DNA of 64,000 nucleotides. It comes from Curvularia clavata. Lineage: Eukaryota. Position numbers and translations under genes: made by a program. Shown here one piece after another: positions 27,476 to 38,172 of the stretch. The notes beneath the pieces are model-generated. The model made no database searches. It was not told where the DNA came from and worked only from the letters and a program-made list of their open reading frames with translations. The first letter of the stretch is position 1; the number at the start of each line of letters is the position of its first letter. Where the stretch lies: positions 248,001 to 312,000 of the forward strand of contig CP089279.1 of the NCBI GenBank assembly GCA_023920165.1, read 5' to 3'.

Positions 27476-27535
27476 ATGTCACCACCCAACCCCCAGGAGG
27501 ACTCTGCCAACTTGGGTCGTGGCGGCTACAACTAA
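27476..27535 (+). CDS. putative 19-aa microprotein MSPPNPQEDSANLGRGGYN
   Basis: First ATG downstream of the TATA box, in good context (CAATC-ATG-TC, A at -3). Codons are mostly the preferred type (AAC CCC CAG GAG GAC ... GGT CGT GGC GGC TAC AAC TAA). A long U-rich 3'UTR-like tract follows. Confidence 0.6.
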   Translation: MSPPNPQEDSANLGRGGYN

Positions 27536-28390
27536 GTTCGACGGAGTCTTCCCGTAACATCTACCGGGGTACTATTTGAAACATCTGCCATCGCTCGTAC
27601 CGTTCTTAGTCACGACTCTTCACGCTATACCACGACTACTTCAACGACCACCCATCAACGATGAACGACAATTTCACCGACGAGTATCGAAACGTCTTTT
27701 CATCCCACGTCTTTCACCACCATTCCTCAAGGCCCTGGTCCTTTTGTATTTGTACTTTTCCTGTTTTCTCTCATATTCCCATTTTCCTCATGTACTTGTA
27801 CGACCATTTCTTCTTCTTTTCTCCTGCTTTTAGTCATTGCCGTCTTTTTTTTATTCACTGTTTTGGCATAGCAAGCGACGGAGTTTGATATTAGGCAAGG
27901 ATCCTACACTGGAAAGAGACGGGAAAGCGGGGCTACCCACGGGTGTATCGTTTTGGAGAATTTTGTCTGTCTTTGCAACAGATGTATGGCATTGCTAGGC
28001 GTTTTTTGTTCTCGACCTTCTTGGTATGCAAGAACAGAGTATTGGGATACCCCTTTTCTTTTAGACAGTTGCTATGCTTGACTACACGAAAAAGCATACG
28101 GGTATTGGGTACAGCACATAGATTTTTCTGGTTGGCTGGGTGTTTCGGAGTTGGTTGTATTTTACAAGAGGCTTGGTTTATACTCTCTCAATTGATCTTT
28201 AGACACTCAGTTGTTCTTTGTCCTGCTTATGCAACGTCCAATCGGGACAACAGTTCTGCTCAGTACTCAAGTAACCTCAGGCTGCCAAGTCCGCAGACCA
28301 AGAGATGTTCCACCACCCACACTATTGAGACATTCTCTTTTGTACGATTGCCGTTGTATTTGTGGACCGTCCTGACGTTGCAGTCGCTTG

Positions 28391-30686
28391 TTACTTTCCG
28401 ACACAGAACCTACAAGCACGTGATGTCAGCGAGATATCCACCAAAACTTCCCCACAAACAACCACCCGTAAGGCGACGGTCACCATGCAGTGGCCCAAAC
28501 CATCCGTGTGTGATGTGCCACAATCGATACAGCACAGGCAACATGCCGCTGTAAGCGTTGTGGCGTCCCCAGCACAGATTCTGCTTAGCCCCCTTCAGAG
28601 CCCAAAATCAGAGTCTCGGGGGGCCAAAACCAAAAGACGCCTTGCCGGCATTTCCAGAATGTCGCACCAAATCATTACACAGAAAACAAGAAAAAGGAAA
28701 ATATTAGCGTAGACTTACTTCTCGAATACGACGCCCAAGACCTCCTCTACATCCCCGCTGTCACCTCGGCCCGTGATGCGGGCCAGTGCGTCAGCTGCGG
28801 ACCGCAGACACTCTGCAGCGACCACAATATCCACTTCGTCGGTATCATCCATCATGTCTTCACCGGTCGGAGAGGTACCTGGCGTCGGGCCCTGGACAGT
28901 TGTGAGAAAGACGGAGAGGTGGCTGAGACATTCCGACAGGAGAAGACGTTGACGCTCGGTTGCACCCAGGGATTCCTGCCAGATGCTTGGATCAGGGTCC
29001 GAATCGGGGACTAGGGCTGCCGTCATGGATTGGAAGGTGTCTTGCAAGGTGCTGAGGAACGATGGTATGTTGCTGTCGGCCCCTTCTTTGCAGGAGATGA
29101 AGCATATCCGGTCCTCGCCTAGGCCCAGCGCAGAGTGAACTTTGTCCTTCCATGTTTGGTGAGCGATGTCGAGGGGAGTCAGCTGATCGCTTTTGTTGAC
29201 AGCAACTATCACGTTGATGCCCAAGTCAACACACTGCTTCGCTGTCTCCATGACCTCAGGATCCATGTCGGCCGTCGCATCCTGGACGACGATCAAGACG
29301 TCCGATTCTAAGGCCCTTTGCTTGGCACGTCTTATGCCTTCCTGTTCTACGGCTCCGACCACATCGCCACCTACCAGGCCAGCCCTGCGTAAACCAGCCA
29401 TGTCTCCGACCTTGACAAGCCATCCACCCAGGTCTAGCCCTATCTCGACCACATCTCGCGTTGTGCCGGCCTCTTGGGAGACGATAGCAGCGTCTCGTCC
29501 AACGATTCGATTTAGCAAGCTACTCTTGCCTGCATTGGGTGCTCCAAGAAGCGCAACACTGATGCCATTGCGCAGTAACTCTCCACGAACCGCGTTGGAT
29601 ATATGGGCTTCCATCTGTTCGCTCAAGACCTGAACTTGGGACGCGACCGAGGCGCAGAGCTCCGCTGGTGATTCATCAAAATGCTGGTCTTCCGAGAAGT
29701 CAATCAAGGCCTCTAGCTCACCCCTTGCCTGCAGCAAGAGAGCGCGCCAGTGCTCATACCGCAACGCCAGCGAAGATGTGGTACCCCTTACAGACAGCTT
29801 TCGTTGCTGCTCGGTAGAAGCTGACAAAGTTTCACCGAGTGATTCAATCTGAGGCAGATCCATGCGATTGTTGGCAAATGCACGTCGCGTGAACTCTCCA
29901 GGCTCAGCATATCGGATTGGCGTGGGCGCGGACGCCAGGGCTCCTGATTTTCTACTACACTCAGGTATGGCTGCCAACACTGCGCGCACAATTGCTGGAC
30001 CGCCGTGTACATGTAGTTCCAAAACATCTTCGCCAGTCACAGTATTGGGCGCGGGAAAGTGGAGAACAAGGGCACCTGAGTCGAGTATCGTCGCAGGCGA
30101 AGGTGGTAGGTTTGGGGTATACAGTTTTCGGAGCGTTGCATATCTAGGATTTGGGAAGGCGGCAGAAGGACAGAGACCTTCGTATATCTGGTCGGTGTTC
30201 AGCCTTATGCTATATACAACATGATATGGCGGGGCGCATGTCACCAACCTGCTTGCATGCTGGGCCGGAAACGCGGATGACGGCTATTGCAGCCCTCCCG
30301 GGAGCCGTGGATAGGGCATATATGGTGGAATTGTCGCGGTCTGCGTGGTACAGACGTCGCTGGCCATCTCTCAAAGTAGGCCGGACATGATGGAGGGGTG
30401 CGCCGTGCAATGCTCTAGTCTGCGGGTAGCTGAGAGCGGAAAAGCAATGGCGAGGTAGAATTGAATGTGTCCACACTCTATGGTGACATGTGCGACTGAG
30501 AGCAGCGACGATGGCTCTCATACCGAGCTGAGTTGGCGCATTATGGGCATGTTCAATGTCTTGACATAGGACGATAGCTGGGCGGAAGAATGAATGGCTC
30601 CACACACCTCCGCAGTGGTCTGTGCATGCGCTAAAATAATTTCTTGAGATCGTCGCAAGTCTGCGCCTGCTCACCAACCTGTTCAT
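28391..30686 (-). CDS. MSS1: mitochondrial tRNA-modification GTPase (MnmE/TrmE family)
   Basis: Motifs TIYALSTAPGRAAIAVIRVSG, TGEDVLELHVHGG, GAPNAGKSSL, GTTRD, DMAG and NKSD. The terminal FCVGK* lies on a 19-nt last exon (28391-28409). Introns 30188-30248 and 28410-28718. The start could alternatively be ATG 30755. Confidence 0.93.
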
Positions 30687-30823
30687 CCTGCGCCAGACAA
30701 GTGAGCTACTTTTCTTTCGCAATCTACGTGCGGCTTTGCTCAAATCGCAAGCCATATCACGCTTCTGCGCTCGCTACATAGAGATACGAACAGCATCCTC
30801 GGCGACGCGCCACCCACAGCACC

Positions 30824-32072
30824 ATGGCGTCCGACGACCTTGTCTGGTCCATTATCGGCACTGATTTTTGTAGTTTCAGTAGGTATTCTGTACGGCTGTA
30901 GGTAGAGATGGAGATGCTGACTACTTCAGAGCTTAAAACAACTAAAGACCAAACCTTTTGCAGAAATGAGCACAATGTATCTGGTTACTGCTCAAAGCAA
31001 TCCTGCCCCCTCGCCAATTCTCGATACGCCACCATCCGTTCAGACCCTGCGACTGGAAACTTGTACTTGTACATCAAGGCGATTGAACGCGCTCACCTTC
31101 CGTCACAGTGGTGGGAAAAGATAAAACTTCCCAAAAACTATGCTCAGGCGCTTGAGCTCGTAGACCAACACCTTGCCTACTTTCCCAAGTTCCTGGTCCA
31201 CAAGAACAAGCAGCGCCTGACTCGTCTGACCCAAGTAAACCTGCGAATAAGGCGGTTAGCCAAGGAAGAGGAGCGTCTGGGAGAAAGGCTTGTGCCTAGG
31301 CTCGCACCCAAGGTCCGCCGACGAGAGGAAGGCCGAGAGCGCAAGGCACTCGCTGCCGCGAAGGTCGAGCGCGCGATTGAGCGAGAGCTCATTGATCGTC
31401 TGCGCAGCGGCGCATATGGTGACCGACCGTAAGTTCAATCCTTCCTTTCTTCTTGCCTTTACTGCTGTGATTATCACTTTTTAACCCTGAGATCCACGAT
31501 GAGGATCAAAAACCGCAACAACACTCTAATTTTTTAATGAGCATCAACACATATGTTCTAGTACTTATGACCATGTCTTACACGGACACTGACTTGAGCA
31601 CAGGATCAACGTTGAGCCTAATATCTGGAAGCGAGTCATGCGCGGCCTGGAGAAGGAGGGTCAACTCAAGGGAGACGAAGACCTGGATGAAGGTATCGAG
31701 GACGAGGATGAGGAAAATGAGTACGAGCAAGAGACAGAAAAGGGCGTTGGAGAGGTCGAGTATGTCAGTGACATTGAAGGTGAATCAGACGACGACCTGG
31801 AGGACTTTGAAGACTGGATAGGAGGCCAGAGTCCAGATGAAGGCACAAGTGATGAAGACGAGGAGAGTGATAGCGACGAAGCTGAAGACGAGTCTGAGGA
31901 TGACGACACTGAGGCGCTCAAGAAGACACTGGCAAATCTCAAGCGCAAGCGCCCTGCTGGTCCACCACCGAAGCCCAAGAAAAAGCCGTCAAAGGACTCC
32001 AAGGGCCCGAAACGCAAGATCGAGTACGAAATGGAGAGGGAGCCTGCTGCAAGAGAGGCTATGCGCATATAA
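30824..32072 (+). CDS. MAK16: 60S ribosome biogenesis protein Mak16
   Basis: Motifs [11 protein letters not shown]...[49 protein letters not shown], an acidic tail and KIEYEME. Introns 30879-30929 and 31429-31603. Confidence 0.95.
31463..31543 (+). ncRNA. intronic box C/D snoRNA (snR47/U36-like guide plus a second 18S guide)
   Basis: Terminal stem TGC/GCA; box C GTGATTA (31467), D' CTGA (31487), C' ATGAGGA (31499), D ATGA (31537). The guides CTTTTTAAC and AACACTCTAATTTTTT are complementary to conserved 18S rRNA sequences recalled from memory. Confidence 0.8.
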
Positions 32073-32233
32073 TACCCATATGGTTGTCCTGTTGGCGTCT
32101 GGGTTTTGCCATTGTGAAGAGGAGGAGCGCATTGTGCGCCTTGTTTCACAATGCAGATGAATATAAATAACGAGTTTTTCGAGACACCATTCCCCAATTC
32201 ACTCTTGGACTCGAGTCCTTGTGATCGTTTACT

Positions 32234-32890
32234 ATGTCGAGCTGCGCAACTCCCACACCGTCTATTCTAGCGAGACCTTGGGGGGACATCGTATCGAGTG
32301 TCGATTGCGATGTGGTGACTGGTGCATTGTTTGCATTGTTTGTTCAGCATGCCTGGGACGGTGACGAAAAGTCATCAACACTGTTGTCGGATGAGTGTTC
32401 TGTTCCTTGTTTGCCTACCATGCAGCAAACAGGAATGGCCAAGGCAGACGAAGAAGTTTGCGACTTTGTCGGAGCCTCGGCTGGTTTAGGCAAGCTACCC
32501 GTCTACAACACTGCAGAGGACCTTGACCAGACCCTCGAAGTGTTGAATGCTCACTCTGTTCCTGAGTTGCAGACAGGCCTCTTCCTTGGTGTGGGTCTCG
32601 TCTCACCAATATACGCTACGGTTGATATATCGATGCGTACGATACGTCGGGCTGGCAAATCGGTTCTTCGAAAGAAGATTTTGAAAAGGGAGAAAATGGC
32701 CTCAGATGCCGCGTACAATTACAATTATTTATACGGGCGAGAGCCAAATGAAACCTGTGAAGACCGTGAAGTTTTTGCGCATCGTGAGGCTGTTGGTGAC
32801 AAGTCGTCGGCTGTGATGCCTAAAACATCCGACAGGCTTTTGGAACGAGTCATGCGGCCCGTTTCTTTTTCGCAGGCAGAGTCAAAGTGA
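32234..32890 (+). CDS. orphan ORF of 218 aa (hypothetical or degenerate gene)
   Basis: ATG-initiated 657-nt ORF with protein-like composition, no recognisable motif and weak codon bias. Confidence 0.35.
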   Translation: MSSCATPTPSILARPWGDIVSSVDCDVVTGALFALFVQHAWDGDEKSSTLLSDECSVPCLPTMQQTGMAKADEEVCDFVGASAGLGKLPVYNTAEDLDQTLEVLNAHSVPELQTGLFLGVGLVSPIYATVDISMRTIRRAGKSVLRKKILKREKMASDAAYNYNYLYGREPNETCEDREVFAHREAVGDKSSAVMPKTSDRLLERVMRPVSFSQAESK

Positions 32891-33627
32891 TGCGACGGGA
32901 CGTGGAGATGGATGAGATCATTGTGGAGGAAGGTGAAATCTGGGAATGTGGATGACACGACAGTGCAAGTTCTGTCTTTCTTCAGCTATTGCAGATGTAC
33001 AGTCTCATCGATGCAATTTGAATTTTGAAATGCTCTAGAGTAACAGTGACCTATGTTTTGAATTTGATTTAGTGACTGCCCAGGCATGTAGCCTCGTCTC
33101 GGGGTGCAGATATATTTGCTAATAAGCGCTTTGGTAACACAGCAGGGTGGCAGGCATGATGCGTTGAATGTGGTCCAAGCGGTCAAGGCAAGCAAAAAAG
33201 TCACGATAGTCACATTCTCTAGTCAAATGAAGCATTCCCCACAGACTCCAAGGTTACCCTGACCCACACTCTCTCCATGCAAACCGGGAGCGTATCACGC
33301 GGTCTGTTCCCTGAAGATTCCCGATCTAACCGTCCAGCCAGAACGCAAATGCCGCCAGCCATTGGGCCCGAACAAGTTTCGAAGCTTCGACGCGTCTGTC
33401 TCTCCCTGTGTCGGTACTTGGAGGAGAGATATACAGGGCGGCCTACGCCTTTTGGCATGCCGACAAGCAATTTCTCAACTGTGCCGAAGCTTCGGGGCCT
33501 CTCTCGGCGATGCTGGGTCCGAAAGTTAACCCTGCCTTGATAGCCTCAGGGTGCATCAGCCATGTCCGACATCATCGCATGTGCGGCACTGCCCGATGCG
33601 GCAACCCGGTCAGCAATTCAAACGTCT

Positions 33628-33786
33628 CTGGGGTAGCTTGAGCGAGAAAACGACAAATCACAAAGGGGAAATGCTTGCCGCCCCCAGATAACCGGGTAGC
33701 ATCCTACTCCGCACGCCAAACTCCACGGGGTTTGGGAACGATCCATGCTCAACCACCAAACGTCATCCCCTCTGGCAATTGTGGGG
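33628..33786. promoter_or_regulatory. cluster of SYGGRG (CreA/Mig1-type) motifs upstream of the sugar transporter
   Basis: CTGGGG at 33628, CCCCAG at 33682, CTCCAC at 33721 and GTGGGG at 33781. The motif is short, so chance occurrence is possible. Confidence 0.3.
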
Positions 33787-34028
33787 ATGACGCCGGTCAA
33801 CATGGCACTGGTGGCTCGGATGCTGGCGACAGGGTGGGCATATGCCTCCAAGACTGGCTTCTGCAGCAGTCTTTATTAAGAAGTGACCGTCGCGCCCGTT
33901 GTCGTACATACTCTTCAACGCTTCTCGCTGCATTTCTCAAGCGAGCGCCTGTATTGCCTGGCCATTATTGCCGGCGCTATTTCCAGTCAAGACGGATATA
34001 GCATTTCTCATCGACATCGCTGTCCACG

Positions 34029-35870
34029 ATGAAGAAGTTTTACGGCCTCAAGGGCACCCAGCTCAACATTGCTATTGCTGTCATAGCAGGCACAGATTTT
34101 GCTCTTTTCGGCTATGGTAGGTGGCTTTCGAATGGTTCCATTTTGATTCGGTTTTCCAGACTGACCCTGCATTAGACCAAGGTGTTATGGGCGGTCTGCT
34201 CACATTGAAATCCTTTGTGAGATATTTCCCTGAGATCGACAGCGTCAACCCGCCACCAGGAAGCTCCACGAGCCATGCTGCAACCATTCAAGCCATCACG
34301 GTCGGTGCATACACCCTCGGCTGCTTCTTCGGCGCTGTTGCGACCATCTGGCTTGGAAACATGCTTGGACGCAAGAAGACTATCTTTATCGGCTCTGCTA
34401 TCATGATTGTCGGCGCTATTCTCCAAACTACATCTTACGGACTTGCCCAACTGATCGTCGGACGATGGATCACTGGCTTCGGTAACGGCATGAACACGAG
34501 TACAGTTCCAACATGGCAATCGGAAACATCCAAACCGCATCGCAGAGGTCAAATGGTCATGATCGAGGGTTCTTTGATCGTGTTCGGTGTCATGATAAGT
34601 TACTGGCTCGATCTCGGCTTCTCTTTCTTGGAGCCCAGCAGTGTCGCCTGGCGCTTCCCCATCGCCTTCCAGATCATCCTGGCTCTGTTTATTCTTATTT
34701 TCATTCCAGGCCTTCCTGAAAGTCCGCGTTGGCTGGTGCTCAAGGGACGCGAAGAAGAGGCGCTAGAGGTGCTGGCTGCGCTGAGCGACCTTCCCCCGAC
34801 AGACAAGAAGATCGAGGCAGAGTTCCAGGCTGTAAAGGATGTCACTACGGAAATGTCAAAGGGCGGTTTCCGCGACTGCTTCAAGCGCAACAAGAACCGC
34901 AACTTCCACCGCACCGTGTTGGCGTATGTCAACCAGATGTTCCAACAGGTAAGTTGAGCGAGTGAAGGGTCGCGTGTGATGTTTTTTTCTGACAATCTCT
35001 CCTAGATTTCTGGCATCAACCTCGTCACTTACTACGCTGCTACCATCTTTGAAAACTCCATTGGTCTCTCACCCTTCCTGAGTCGTCTGTTGTCTGCCTG
35101 CAATGGTACTGAGTACTGGATTGCCAGTTGGATTGCCATTTTCACCATTGAAAAGTTCGGTCGTCGTTCCTTGATGATCTTCGGTGCGGCAGGCATGTCA
35201 ATGTCTATGGCTGTCCTAGCTGGTGCTACTAGCAACATTGGCAATTCGAGCCTGGGATTGCTCGCGGTACGTTACCTTGTAACTAGACGTGTAGTGTACG
35301 GAACTGACATGAGCAGACTGTGTTCCTCTTCGTTTTCAACTCCTTCTTCGCTGTTGGATGGCTAGGCATGACATGGTTGTATCCTGCTGAGATCACTCCA
35401 CTGTCCATCCGTGCCCCCGCCAATGCCATCTCCACCACAGCCAGTAAGTCCTTCTTTACACAGGTATTTCTTTGTCATTAGTACTAACTTCCCTTTCAGA
35501 CTGGATCTTCAACTTCCTCGTTGTCATGATCACACCCCCTGCTTTCGCCAACATTGGCTACCAAACCTACATCATCTTCGCTGTTATCAACGCCGCCATG
35601 GTTCCCTCGGTCTACTTCTTCTTCCCCGAAACCGCATACCGCTCGCTCGAGGAAATGGACGAAATCTTCCACAAGACTACAAACGCTTTCAATGTCGTCA
35701 AGATCGCAAACGAATTGCCACATCGCTACGGCAAGCGCGGTGAGCTGCTCATCGACTATGCGGATACAGAGCAGGCGCACGAAGCAGAGCGCCGCAGGAG
35801 CTCGGTTGTGGGTGCACACCAGAACGGAAAAGTATTGGAAAAGGAGACAGAGACGCGTGAGCGCGTGTAG
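34029..35870 (+). CDS. MFS sugar porter, STL1-like (sugar/glycerol:H+ symporter family)
   Basis: Motifs LFGYDQGVMGG, GRKK, VPTWQSE, PESPRWL, QQISGIN, EKFGRR and PETAYRSLEEMD. Introns 34117-34175, 34949-35005, 35267-35316 and 35444-35499. Confidence 0.93.
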
Positions 35871-36384
35871 AATAGAGATGTATTGGGTCGAGAAAGACTG
35901 CTATCAGTCTATATGTCCCGTTCGTGGTAAATATATCATATTACTACTTTCCAATTTTGAATTTTGGTTGTCAAGTATCGAGATTGTGAATACCCTCCAA
36001 AAGTGCAGCAAATGAAGGGACATGGGATACCGGATATTCCCTTTCTCTCAGAATTTCTCTATAGTTCCTCCTTTCCAATCTACCTCTATTGACGAACCCT
36101 AGATCTTAAACGCACCAAGTCCTTCTCTTTTACTTGTCTCTCCAGGCCCTATCCGCCACCACCACACAGGCGCTCAAGGTTCCCCTCTCTGGCCCCAGAT
36201 CCGATGCGATCAGCCTTCCATCCGCGCCATCCGTCCGCCTCCGTTTCCCCGCCCTGTGTCGCACCTATACAATCCTCTTTCTTACTTCTCTCCTTAAAAT
36301 ATTATCTAAAACATACATCATACTTCATTCCACTGCTTTGCAACACATTGTCCTTCCCACTCGCACGCAATAGGCAAAAAGACA

Positions 36385-36636
36385 ATGTTTTTCATTCCTT
36401 TGGTCATCTTCCTCGCGCTCGTCTGGGCAGCGCTGGGTGTGCTGCTGGCCAAGTGGCTTAAACAGTCAGGGCACGCGCGCCCGTTCAGAGGGAAGGCATG
36501 GAGGGATAGCGAATTGTATGGTGCTGGGGTGGGAGTTGGGCGGGTAAAGGGTATGGGCGAGAGTAGTAGTGGTGTAGGAGGAGGAGAAAGGAAGAGGATG
36601 TTGGAGTTTGGGAGCGGGAGGGTTAAGGGGGTGTAG
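36385..36636 (+). CDS. small single-pass membrane protein (83 aa), hypothetical
   Basis: ATG in ACAATG context after a CT-rich leader. Hydrophobic N-terminal helix (FFIPLVIFLALVWAALGVLLAKWL) and a basic, Gly-rich tail. Confidence 0.45.
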   Translation: MFFIPLVIFLALVWAALGVLLAKWLKQSGHARPFRGKAWRDSELYGAGVGVGRVKGMGESSSGVGGGERKRMLEFGSGRVKGV

Positions 36637-36894
36637 GGTGAAAGAAAGGGGGTTAAAAATCAGGTGGGTTGCTTGGGGCATTTGGCTACGTGGTTGAGAG
36701 GGTTGGATTGGATGACGGGGTAGAGGCATGTCCGGAATGTCGGTGCAGATAGAGTTGAAATTTAGTATTACATGCTCTTGGTAACTTGAATGACGAAGCA
36801 AGCATGTTTGTTGCATGCCTTGCTGAGATGTTTTACTTTGTTCTCTATAAAATGGCGCTACGTTCCGGGTCGCACGCACAACATATGCCATAGA

Positions 36895-38172
36895 CTACGC
36901 GCTGTAAGAACTGATAAAGTACTGTATGCAGATGAGTCTCATGCGTTACACAATAAGCAAAAAGCAGACTTACTGTCAAAACCGATTCATCCTCGCCATT
37001 GTCATTAGGCAAGTAAACATACAAGATCAAAGCATGCTCGTGGCAGAAGCCTGTCCAAAGTCAGCACGACAACGGTCAACAACGCTGCAGAAACCCGACA
37101 CCTACACGCAATGACTCGTCCTCCTAGTCTGCCTACACTCATAACCTTACTCCAGTCACGGCCGTCAATGCGCACCACGGCCCAGCCTTGGTCGCTTCGT
37201 CCATCAGCACTCCCGAGCTGCTTCATACGCGTGCTGGGATGTTCGGCAATGCCATCCTCGCCACCCGCCACATGACCTGGATCCAGCTCCGGGTTACTGA
37301 GATCAGTCCATGTAGATGATATGCTCATAGCATCAGATCTGATACTCATCTTCAGACACCCATGCATGTTTGCCGCTATTTCCAAGCGCGTTCTCGCCGT
37401 CGTCATGGCGCTACCTGCCTTTGTATCTGCGAGAGCCAACTTGGTAAAGCGGTCGCTGATACTCTTGAGTTGCATCAGAGGCGGTAGTATGATGTGCACG
37501 TCTGGCTCTCGACACGCTGGCTCATGTAGATGGGCTACTGTGTCTGGCGCAAGCACTCGTACAGGTATCTCTTGCGTGACAATTGTTTCGCGGTTTCCTC
37601 CGCCAAAGTCACTGTCAAATGTAGCGTCGAAACCATCATGGTTGCCCGCAGGAAAGGCGCTGTATGTGTTGGACGATGTGGTGGTGACAATGGTTAGGGC
37701 CAATACAGGAATATTGTCCTTCTTGGTAAGGCGTATTTGAGCTGAAGTTGCATTGAGCGCTGACTTGAGAGCGCGATTGAGCGACGTCAGGGGCACTTCA
37801 AGGTTGATTACATTGTTCGCTGCGGACTGTACGCTGATAGTCTCAAAAATGGCATCCTGCATCGCCATGTTAGGGCTTGATTCTTGCCGACTTTGACTCG
37901 CGCAAGCTTACAATCGAAAGAACGCTATAGATGGTTAAAAACGAGGGAGAAGAATGCACTGAGACCATCGACTCACGCCCATACTTGGGTGCCCTGTTCT
38001 GGTATGATTGTGAAGCATACTTGCTCCTCGCTGAGTTTGACCCACGCAAGCGGACCGAGCGAATTGAGCGATGCTGTGAGCTCTGTGGTTCTGTCAGCGC
38101 CGGTCACTTTTGGGGTATCGCAAGCCTACTCGTGAAGGTTGTGACGTTCTGTATTGAAGCCTTGAAGCGCAT
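36895..38172 (-). CDS. HUS1: 9-1-1 checkpoint clamp subunit Hus1 (Mec3)
   Basis: MRFKASI start; motifs GTQVWA, SAANNVINLE, IRLTKK, QEIPVRVL, CHEHALILYVY, and terminal LTYFISSYSA*. Five GT-AG introns, with a 13-nt exon at 37912-37924. Confidence 0.9.

Noticed and set aside
27943..28554. 203-aa plus-strand ORF
   Set aside because: It has a GTG start and U-rich UTR-like composition, and overlaps the MSS1 3' end antisense.
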